NCBI GenBank assembly: GCA_051362555.1 | Contig: CM120640.1 | Span: 23,484,225 to 23,548,224 of the forward strand | Direction: 5' to 3' | Length of the DNA: 64,000 bases | From: Lingula anatina | Taxonomy: Eukaryota; Animalia; Brachiopoda | Shown here: positions 44,101 to 56,000 of the stretch, piece after piece | How the letters are laid out: every line of letters starts with the position of its first letter | Position numbering within the stretch: position 1 is the first letter of the stretch | The notes under the pieces: generated by a model | Databases searched by the model: none | Told to the model about the DNA's origin: nothing | Seen by the model: only the letters and a program-made list of their open reading frames with translations | Program-made: the position numbers and the translations under genes

Positions 44101-47033
44101 TCAGCATATATGCAGCGCCGATAACACGATAAGTGGAAAACCATTTTACCTTTTGGCTTGAAACTTACAGAACTGATGAATATTCATAATACGCAGGTCA
44201 AGTCCGAAAATCAGCGTGATTGGGTCATTTTTAGTGAATTTAGGCTATTTTTTCTCTTTTTTCAGCATATATGCAGCACCGATAACACCATAAATGGAAA
44301 ACCATTTTACCTTTTGGCTTGAAACTTACAAAACTGATGAATATTCAAAATATGCAGGTCAAGTTTGAAAATCAGCATGATCGGGCCATTTTTAGGGATG
44401 TTATGCTGTTTTTTCACTTCTTTCAACATATATGCAACGCTAATAACACAATATAAGAAAAACAGATAGGCCAATTGTCATTATACTCACAGGAGTAGTC
44501 AAACTAACTAAAACGCAGGTTGAGTTCCAAAATCAGCATAATCGGGCCATTCTTTTAGAAGTTATGCTGTTTTTTCACATTTCCTCAGATTCAATTGTTA
44601 GGCATATTTACAGTCTCATTATTGAACTAATAAGATACGTAAAAGTGTTTGTTTGACATTTCCTGCATCTTAATAACATTGTTAGTTGATTATGTAAAAA
44701 TGATGGTAAACTTGTTATTGTGTATTATGTTATAAAGTGTCAAAAATGAAAATAAACAAATATCATTGCAGTTTGTCAGATTCAATCATCTACTATATTC
44801 ATTATCTCAGAATGGAGGAAATTGGACATTTAACACTGTTCTATTAATATTTTTCCCATCTCATCAATTTTGTTAGTTGATCATATACAAATGGTAGAAA
44901 ACTGTTTATTTTGTTTTATGTTAAAAAAGTGTTTTAAAAATGGAAGTAAACCCATTGCAGAACAGTGCTGTCTTGTTTCAGCATATATGCAGCACCGATA
45001 ACACGATAAGTGGAAAACCATTTTACCCTTTCCCTTGAAACTTACAATACTGATGAATATTCATAATACGCAGGTCAAGTTCGAAAATCAGCATGATCGG
45101 GTCATTTTTAGGGAAGTTATGCAGTTTTTCACTTTTTTCACCATATATGCAACACTGATAAAATGATAAGTGAAAAATCGTTTTACCTTTTGGCTTGAAA
45201 CTTGCAGAACTAATGAATATTCATATTACGCAGGTCAAGTTCGAAAATCAGCATGCTCGGGTCATTTTTAGGGTAGTTATGCTGTTTTTTCACTTTTTTC
45301 AGCATATATGCAACACCGATAACACGATAAGTGGAAAACCATTTTACCTTTTGGTTTCAAACTTACAGAACTGATGAATATTCAAAATACGCAGGTCAAG
45401 TTTGAAAATCAGTATGATTGGGTCATTTTTAGGAAAGTTATGTTGTTTTTCACTTTTTTCAGCATATATGCAACACTGATAACATGATAAGTGGAAAACC
45501 ATTTTACCTTTTGGTTTGAAACTTGCAGAACTAATGAATATTCATAATACGCAGGTCAAGTTTGAAAATCATCATCATCGGGTCATTTTTAGGGCAGTAA
45601 TGCTGTTTTTTCACTTTTTTCAGCATGTATGCAACACCTTTGTGCTATATGATGGTACTGTATGGATGACAGTCTATAAAATTGTCCCTTGGGTGATCAC
45701 TAATTAAATTAAGGTCTATAAAGTCACTTGCCTACTCATTAATTTTCAATTGGCCATTAAATGAGATTACATAAAACACTCCTTGAGATTTCCCTGTAAA
45801 GTCCCATAGGTTTAGCTCTCTTAACTGTGTCACAAAATTAGGATTTGGTGATAATTGTGCAGATAAATGGTGTTTAACATTGCAAATAAATTTACAACAA
45901 AAAGAATGTGTTATGCCAACATGCTATAGATGAATAACAGTGCTTTATTTTTCTGAAACTTGGTGGGGTTATTAATATCAAGTTAATACAGCTAGATTAA
46001 AAGTTTGAATAGCAGCTTTATTGGAATTTTTTACGTTTTATTTAAAATTTTTTTAAAATTATTTTTCAAACACAAGCATCTTCAAGATGTGATTTTATAC
46101 TCCCATCCACCAGAAGTGCTGTGCATTTTCTGTATTTTTGTATATAATTGTTATTTCTTCAGATTTAATTCTTAGGCATGTTAACAGTCTCATTATGGAA
46201 CTAATAAGATATGTAAAAGTGTTGTTTTGACATTTTCTGCTTCTTAACAATATTGTTTGTTGATTATATAAAAATGACGGTAAACCTGTTATAATATTGT
46301 GCATTGTGTAATAAAGTATCATAAATGGAAAGGAACTCATCATTGCAGTTTGTCAGATTTAATCATTCACTATGTTCAGCATCTGCAAATGGAGCAAATT
46401 GGACATTGAAAATTGTTCTATTGCTATTTTTCCTATGTCACCAATTTTCCCAGTTGAACATTTAAAAATGACAGTTTATTGATCATTTTGTTTTAAAAAA
46501 GGTGTTGAAAATGGAAAGAAAATCATTTCAGTACAGTTATCTCTTGTTTACATTTTGGCATTTTGAAAGTGTGACTCTGAACTTCCATGGCCTTGAAGAC
46601 CTTCCCAAATCACATTTTCTGAATATTCATGATACTTTTATTTTTTTATAAAAAATTTGATGGTCATTATGCTGTTAAGTATTATGTTTTATTGCATGAA
46701 AGTTGAAGAAAACCCTATTTTGGACACTGCTGCCAGGATAGCGATTAAGGGAAAACCATGTTACTTACGATACTGAAACTTAGTGAAAAGTTTCATAAGA
46801 CAGAAGTGCGCAGCTTGTGTTTGAAAACCAGTGTGATTGTTTTCTGTTTTGGAGGCAATGCAGGTTTATAGAGTGCTATACTGGCATTTTCAAGTTGTGA
46901 CTTATCACTCCCATCTGCCAGGAGCCCTGTACTCTTACTTTGTAACATTTTCTGTATTTTGGTAAGTTACAAGAATGATTCTTAGGATTGACATACAGCC
47001 CCCCCCCATAAAAATTGTTTAAAAAAATTAATA

Positions 47034-47065
<32 letters not shown>

Positions 47066-50000
47066 TAATGAGTTTAAGCAATTTTTTTTTGTGTGTAATT
47101 TTCACTGTACCTCATTCTGGCATTTCCAAAGTTTAACTCTTATCAGCCTGACACCTTAGGGACTATTTCCAGACCCTATCACGCTAACTGTGGATCGATC
47201 TATCTCCATGGGAATTCTCGCTAAATTGCAATCAATGTAAGTGGCTTAGTTGTCTGTCACGCCTACTGAAACTGGCATGCCAGAATCCTTAGACTCTCAA
47301 ACTGAAAGCAATTTAGTGAGAAACCCCTTGGAGTTGCATTGATCCTGTTAGATTGATCTAGGTATGGGAACTTAGTCTAATGCTTGATACACATTTTACT
47401 TTCATCCTAATCCAATTTTATGCAGAATAAGAATTTGATGTTGGCTATGCAGTTACAGTAAGCATAATACATTAGTTCATCAGAATTGACAGTATTCTAT
47501 TTCTTGCGTTTTTATTTTCTGGTTTTTGTCTGTACATTTGACAGCTTTGCTGCCTTGTTTCTTTTGGCTTGAAACTTACAGAACTGATGAATATTCATAA
47601 TACGCAGGTCAAGTTCGAAAATCAGCATGATCGGGCCATTTTTGGGGAATTTATGCTGTTTTTTCACTGTTTTCAGTATTTATGTAGCACCGATAACACG
47701 ATAAGTGGAAAACCGTTTTACCTTTTGGCTTGAAACTTACAGAACTGATGAATATTCATAATACGCAGGTCAAGTTCGAAAATCAGCATGATCGGGCTAT
47801 TAATATGGAAGTAATGCAGTTTTTTCACTTTTTTCAACATTTATGCAACACCGATAACACAATATTTGAAAAACCGTTTTACCTTTTGGCTTGAAACTTA
47901 CAGAACTGATAAATATTCTTAAAACACAGGTCAAGTTCGAAAATCAGCATGATCAGGCCTTTTATATTGAAGTTATGCAGTTTTTTCACTTTTTTCAGCA
48001 TTTATGCAACACCGATAACACAATATTTGAAAAACCATTTTACCTTTTGGCATGAAACTTACAGAACTGATGAATATCTATAATACGCAAGTCAAGTTTG
48101 AAAATTGGCATGATCAGAGCATTTTTATTAAAGTTTTGCTGTTTTTTCACTTTTTTTCAGCATATATGCAACACCTATAACACATTTTAAGGAAAATCGA
48201 TTGCCCAATTGTCTTGAAATTCACAGTAGTGATCAGTGTTACTGAAATACAGATTAAGTTTTGAAAATAAGCTTGATCAGTAAAGGTTTGGTGAAGTTAT
48301 ACCTTTTTTTGTATATAAGTGTTTTTTTTCCTCAAATTTAATTCTCAGGCATGCTAACAGTCTCATTTTTGAACTAATTAGATATGTTAAGTTGTTCTTT
48401 TGACATTTTCTGCATCTTAACAACATTGTTAGTTGATTATAAAAAAATGATGGTAAACCTGATATTGTGTATTGTTTAATAAGTGACCAAAATGGAAAAA
48501 AAAAACACATATCTTTACAGTTTGTCAGATTCAACCATTCACTATGTTCAGAATTTCAGAATGGAGCAAGTTGGACATTTATAATTGTTCTATTGATATT
48601 TTTGATTTTACAACATATTTTTTGATTGATCATATAAAAATGACAATAAATTGATTATTTTGCTTTATGTAAAAAAGGTGTTGAAAATGGAAATAAACTC
48701 TTTCAATACAGTTTTCTCTTGTTTACATTTTGGGATTTTCAAAGTATGACTCTGAACTCTATAGGCTAGTCACATTTTCTGAATATCCATGATACTTTTT
48801 TATTATTAAAAAATTTATGGTTATTATGCTGTTAAGCATTGTGTAATATTGCATCAAAATTGAACAAAACCCTGCCTCCGTAGTGGTGGTGAAAGGAAAA
48901 CCATGTCACTTGCTCTTCTCACACTTACAGGAAAGAAACATAGGACTGAAATTCAGCTTCAGTTGAAAAATTGTCTCATTAATTAATTGTTTGGAAGTAA
49001 TACAGGTTTTTTTGTGAAAATTTTTATCTTTCACATGTTGCAATTTTCAGTGTGGGACTTAGAGCTCCCTTGGGCATGAAGCCCAGTGGTAATCAAATTT
49101 TCTTAATGTCCATGTTTTTAATAGTAGATATTTTAAAATTGGTGGTATTTAATTAGTTAATCATTATGTAATGTTGCATCAAAATTGACAAAAAACCAAC
49201 TTTGTGCTCTGCTACCATTAATATTATGTAAAGTAAAGTGTTACTTTCTATTTTTTTACTATTCTTACAAAAATGATTCTTAGGATTGACATTCAGCTCA
49301 TATTAGAGAACCAGCTCTATTGGATTATCATTTTTATTAAATTTATGAATTTTTTGTGAAATTTTCATTTTTCTCATTCTGGCACTTTCTAATTGTAAAC
49401 TTGAACTCTGATGGGCCTGGAGCCTTATGCTTTTACTTTCATCAGTGTTACCTGTACGTTGTGCATAATTAAAATTTGATGTTGATTGTGCAGTTAAACA
49501 TAATGTATTATTGCATCAGAATTGGTAGTCTCCTGTTTTATTTTGTGCATTATTGTTTTCTGCTTTTCTTAAGGTGTGACTTATGGACCTGAAGACCTTT
49601 GATAGACAAATTTGTGTGGTCAGTCTGTAAATTCCCCTTGGGTATTCACTAGGCTAATTTCATTGCTATAAACTCATTTGCCTAATTAAGCGGCCATTAA
49701 ATGAAATTTCATAAAGCACACTTGTTGATATTTCCCTGTAAACTCCCAAAGGTTAAGCTCTCTGCTAGATAACATAGTGTCCATAATAAGGAAGCAGTGA
49801 ATAGCAGCTTCATTGGAATTATATTTTTGTTGTTTTCTTTTTAATTTTTTCTCCAACACTGGCATTTTTAAGATGTGATTTTTAACTCCCATCCACCTGA
49901 GGCTCTGCACATTTTCAGTATTTCCACATAAGCAGTTGTATTGGTATTTATGTCTTTAAACACGCTGTAATATTATTTTATGCACTGTCATCATTTTTCA

Positions 50001-53000
50001 TATATTGGGACTTTCATCATGTGAATTTTAACTCTCATGGTCCTGAAACTGTAATCTTATTGAAGGGGATTGATTGAGACCATTTTCGGGGTCTCCTGGA
50101 AGACAGTCAGATTTTAAAGTTTATATTTACGGGTTTCTGTTGGAAGACCATCAAAATGGAGGATGGATCAACAAAGATACTTTGGAATACTGTCAGAAAA
50201 TATCTCTGGATCTGCTCCTGTTATTGACCATGTTACCTGTTGTGCATGATTAAAAATCAGTATTGACTGACTGTGCTATTATAAGGATATATTATTGCAT
50301 CAAAATTGACAAAATGACCTATATTGCATCTTTTTTTTCTGTTTTTTGTCTGTACATTTGACAGCTTTGCTGCCTTGTTAGTCATAGTTCTCCCCAGCTC
50401 TGGTCAACTATCATAATGTGACCTTATGGATGTAAAACTAGAGAAAACATATTTGAGATGACTTGCAATAGCTTCATTCTGTTGAAATTGAATTTATACC
50501 AGAAGCTTTGTTGTGCATAATATGTCCATTGTAACTGTAGGTTTTCAACCATATAGTGCATGAAATCTCATGCCATTAGCGCCCTGATGAATTGCCCATC
50601 AAATAATTTGACAATAATGCACACGCAAAATGGAAGTCATTGAAATATGCTGTAGAAGTAACAAATTGAATGTATGGATTTGGTTGAAAAATATATTATT
50701 TAAGCAGGGCTTAGATATAGATTTTTCCCCATGGTGATAATGGTGTGCCTAAATCTTTAATGCTTTGATCACAAAGTCAGTTGACAGGTAATAAAAGCAG
50801 AGACAGTAATTATCAGGATAAATACCGGTAGTTGCAAAGTATTTCAAATTTTATAAAGACAAGACTTTTTTAAAGACTTATACAAGTGGAGAAATGCCAC
50901 ATTTCCTAGTAGATATAGAAGATGTGAGACCCAACCTCCTGAGAGAGTCTAAAATTCATTAGGTTACACTTTTGCTCAAAGCAAGGAGGAGGTCGGTGAT
51001 GGATAAATAGGCTTTGTAATGTTGACAGCATGAAGATAGATACTGTTTAGTATCCAAACGCCACTGCCTCTGACTTAAAGATATTGTCACTCCTTATTTA
51101 CTGTCTTAAATACATTCTTTTGGGTAATATTGATAATTCTTCAGTGTTCAGTGACTGTATTAATTAACATTTACACGTGTCATCTTATGGGTAACGTCAT
51201 AATTGTGATTTTGGGGTAAAAACTGAAAAATCGGTTTCTCATATTTCTCTTTTACCTGAGCACCCACGATTACCATTTCAATGCCAATTTAATGACACTA
51301 TTTAGTACTCCAAAACCATGCCAGCAATTTTTTTAATGTCTCATTTCAGATTTTATCGTTGGTAAAGCAATATAAAGCCTTTCTTTAATGAAAATATGTA
51401 ATTAGGGGCTCATTACTCCATTACAAAAAACATTTAAACCAAAATGAGGGTACAGGATTGTAGCCCATTCACTCGTGGTCCCTTCTGCCGATTTTCGTGA
51501 TAAAATCTTGTTCATGAATGAAGTTACGTCCCTTGCTATCTCACCTCAAAATAGATAGGTGTTAAATTGACGATGAAAGTTTTCAGTTGCCTATGCTTAC
51601 ACATTGCAATGAGAAATATAATCGCTGATATTTTATATTTTCAAGGGTTTTTTCATTGTTTTAAATCAGCACAAAGATAGATGCATAATTGAATGATTAG
51701 ATGCATGAAAAATCTCATTTTCGGTATCTGAATGATAACAAAGGGTAGCAATATCCTTAACTAGTGCTGTTTACACCTGAAATAACTTATAGTCCTGATA
51801 TTGTCCAAATTGGGTCATTTCCAGACAGCCTGTTTCCCAAAGGAACTTAGGGTTTGGATCTTACCTGAGACTGCCTTACTCAGGACTGAGGTGCCAGACT
51901 AAGTGAGGTTACGGAATGTTGAGCTTTTTGACTAAGAGTGTTGCTGGAATGATAGAAAAATGCCTTAAATCATTTTTGTTGGTTATCAAATAAATAAATA
52001 AATAAATGCATTTGCACTATTGTATGTTTTCTAGTTGATTAGTTTAATTAACAGAGGGAAAATAATTTTAAGCTTTTTGGTTTGATGCAGGCAAAAACTG
52101 ATAAACAGCAGAAAATTGCAGAAATCATTGCCCTGAAACTGAAAAAGTACATGAAATTTTTTTTGTCTTTAAACTGTTCTTAAGTATTATTTACTTGTGT
52201 TATTTTAGTTAGTTAAATTTTTCTATTAAGGAAGAGTTTTTCAATGTTGAGAGTATGTAACTGCTTTATCACTGAAAAAAATTATGTCACAGGATGGAAT
52301 GAAAACCTGATTGAATTGGGACATTATTTAACCCCCAATACCAGGATACAGTTATTTTCCAAATAAATAAATAAATAAATAAATAAAGTAAATGTCAAAG
52401 AATACCCCTAGCTGTATTTGTGAAGACCTCAGTGTTCTTTATGGATACCATATTGACGGTTCATTGTGTATGTAATAGTATTAAATGTTCAGTAATAATC
52501 TAACTCATGCTTGAAATATGACATTACTTTCCCATTACAGTAGTAACATTTGACCGTAATATGATCATTATAGAGCAGTTGTCATATGGAACCTTGTGAT
52601 ATAAAGTGGTGATTCAGGATGAGATTTTTCCACCAAAGTTCAGCTTATTGATTCATGCGTTCATGTGGCATATTGGCTTTGTGGTGGAAAAAAATGTGTG
52701 ACCCAAAAGCTCCCTTGGTAGTAATTGCACATGCAGATAATATTATCCTCATAATTCATTGATACACATTACTTATATATCATGAAAATGTTCAGTGTAT
52801 CGGATATATTTTTATAGAGATATTATGTTTAGTTGTCAGTTTTTATTTTCATAGTGAAATGAAAATGTCTATTTATTCATATATTATTGGTGTTTTTTTC
52901 TTCATTGTCAGTAACACAGGTAACAAAGTATGACAATACTGTTTATGTTCTCAGGTGGACCTGGCTCAAAGAAAGGCTTTATAGTTGACAACCTGGTCCA

Positions 53001-56000
53001 GACTTTTGGCTTCAAGTTGGTTAGTCTGGAAGATCTCATTCTCTTGGAACTGCCAAAGAAACTCAAGATGACGAACCATGTGGATGGAATTGATGACATC
53101 AAGCAGATTGTCAGGGTAAATTTACCTCCAAGTATATCTATCTTAAAAGATATTATTCAGAGCTTATTGAAAACAGTAGTCAACATGTTGAACCAATATT
53201 GGTTACTCAAGAAAGCAGTTCTGATGAACCTCTTGAAATGATGGTATAAGACAATATGAATGCTTCATGTGATAATGATACTTCACAGCCATATGTGCAT
53301 GCAATTGTTTGCCTGAGTGTCAGTGATCATTAGGATTTCAGTGCATGGAATTTCACTAAATTAATCATGCTTATCATTTTTTTTCTGATTTTGCTTAGTG
53401 CATTATATAACACTTGCCAGCATATACAGCTATAGTTTTTATAATGGTGCCATATTCTGTCAATGTTATCATTGCAGCAACAAAGTAAATATTTCACTAT
53501 GTATGCAAAACATCGTGTTTTATTTAATGTGTATATCAAAATGTAAATTATCATTCATCTAGTTGTAATGTTCAAAGACAAAAATATTAACTCTAATACT
53601 GGACTCTTACGTAGATCTGCTAGATGTTTTGCATAGACTCCAATGTTTTGTCTTGTATTACAAGGACATTTTCAGGGAACTGTCACTGCAGGTGACACTG
53701 CTGGTGGTATTGTAGTTGTCACATAGCAGTTGTCATTTCCAGCTACACCATGTGTGGGACCAGGCCCTGGTCATGTGACAACTGCAGTACCGGCAAATAA
53801 AAGACAAAATGCTGGAGTCTCTGCAAAACATTGAGCAGATCTGTATGAGTGTCCAGTATTAAAATTAATATTTTTGCCTTTGATTTAATGCGTATGTTTC
53901 TACCTTTTTACAGCAGGTGGCCTATACAGCGCTTTCTCAGTGGACTGTATTTTCAGATGTTTTCTTCAATTCTGCCCCTGGGTAGAAGCTAGCTCTAGGC
54001 CAGTCTTGCTTCTTTTACCACTTTGAGATCTTTTGGGACAGCCAGCTTAATTTCCCCTTCCCCCACTTTGTTTTTTATATGATCTGGCCAATCTTTGTCC
54101 CCATTGTTTTGTATTTCATGACTGGGTAAATTTCACCTTCTTTTAGCTTTATCATCGGGAAGTAGACAGTCACCAATGCATTGAAAAACAGTCAAAGCAA
54201 TAAACGAGTTAGTTAAAGAAAAGGCGACTTTGCAATATAACCCAGCCAGACCTAGAATATTGCCAAGGTTTGCAATTAAGCTTTCTACATCCCATAGTAG
54301 GTGTAAAACGGATGGTTCTGAACATTAGCGAAGTAAAGCAAAGCCAGTTTGTGCAGCATTGTTTGCATGCAAGGGTGGTGTGGGAGCCAATTAAAACAAA
54401 GGATAATCTGTTAGTCAATAACAGGATAGTGTTCTACTTTTAATGTAAAAATTCAAAGACAGTTCATATCATGCATAGCTTTAAACAGTATGGGTGTCAG
54501 ATATTGCAACAAGAGCAACTTTTGGAAATGGCATTGCTCAGTTTGAAGAATGACAGAACTACCTATCTATATAAATTGAAACAGTTTTTGTGATATGTTA
54601 GTAGTTATGTGTGGCAGTAGTATTGATTTGATGCCCAGGGCTGCTGGACATGCAATTTTGCCTGAATCCGATGAGTGGACAATTAACTGGCTTGTGACTT
54701 TACAGCTTATTTCAAGTGCACTATATAACAGCATTAAGTTTTCTAGGAACTGGTGTGGCTGACGTGAACATTCCGTGATCACAATGCCATACTCAGACTG
54801 TTCTCTGAGTATTTTTAAATGAACATTGCTTTGGGGGAAGAAAGTTTATTTCAAAATGAAGATAAATTGCCCTGTGTGGTATACATAATTTAATAATGGT
54901 AGAGGCACACAAGAAATATGGTTTTATTAAAGAAGGGAGATCTTTGGGGCGTAATCATGCAGGAAGTTAGGCCGTAGCAAATATGTCTTCTATCATTCAA
55001 ATGTTATATAGCCGCTTGTATGTTGAATTGATTAATTATCAACATATCTTATGATTAATTTTAAAAAGTGTTGATAGTAAGCCATTAAGATGACTTAAAA
55101 TTACAATCCATTTTTCTTACCATAATCTGAGCACACCAACCCTGAGGCTGTGACATTGGCTCTCAGATGCACAGTCCGTAAAAGTAATCTTTATAAATTG
55201 CCTAATCTTTTCTTTTTCTAAACAACAGATTTAAATGTTTGGAGCATTGTGATTTGTTACCAGGGATAACTCGACAAAAGGGAATATTTACCACATTCCT
55301 GTGGTCTCCACAGATTTGAAGAGGAAAATTGGTAGAGATACAGCTTTCCATTAATACATAGGATATTAAAACATTATTCTCAGGTGTTTTGGTTGCTTTA
55401 GACCAGTGCATTAAGTATTAACTGGTTGCCTTAAGCATCAAATGTAGTTATATATAAATAAGCATGACCAAAGTGAACTGTAATGCATTACTTAAGCTCC
55501 ATAACGCTTGACAATGTCCCTATGGCTTTTTGAATAGGAGGCAGCTTCCTGGAGGAAAGTAGTGAACAGACAATAGTGCTTATGTGAATAAGTAGGAAAA
55601 AGGTTGGCTGAAATATAAATCTGCTGGAGTAATGATACTTGGAGCTCTTTTGATAAGTAATCAATAGATAGTGTCTTTATTATTGAAGACCTCCAACTGT
55701 AAGCCCATTATGCCAATCCTCAAGTCCGATGCTTATTTTCACCTCTGTACCCACATACTTATTCAATTCATTATACAGCTAGAAACAATTTTATTTGCCA
55801 AATTCTAACATTTTTCCACAATTACCAGTATTAATTTGTTATTTGCAGCTCTAATCTTTTATAAAAATTGTCTTGACTCTATAAAAGCACTAACAAGTTA
55901 GGAAAATGTCATCTAGAATCATGAAGTATTATATATAGATGCAGCTTTCTTAGATGTAAAAAAAGCTTATTTAAATTTTTTTATTTTTTAGACCGTCGCC

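Larger units (their letters stand above)
40063..50379 (+). mobile_element. Nested cluster of Helentron-type non-autonomous elements (HINE/DINE-1-like) with central satellite arrays
   Basis: 5' heads (ttttt-atgtacagacac-agat-gtgtctgtacat hairpin plus cgt/cgc microsatellite) at ~40063, ~42896, ~43107, ~43555 and a degenerate one at ~42672. 3' tails (tgtctgtacat-ttg-acagctttgctgcc-ttgtt) at 47527-47559 and 50347-50379. Confidence 0.85.

Noticed and set aside
41809-45707. Short ORFs with repeated QVKFENQHDR peptides
   Set aside because: Chance translations of the satellite monomer; frames are broken by indels in T-runs between copies.
40159-48300. Regularly spaced repeats as a CRISPR-like array
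   Set aside because: Whole ~161-bp units are repeated with no unique spacers, there are no cas genes, and the context is a eukaryotic intron with HINE termini.
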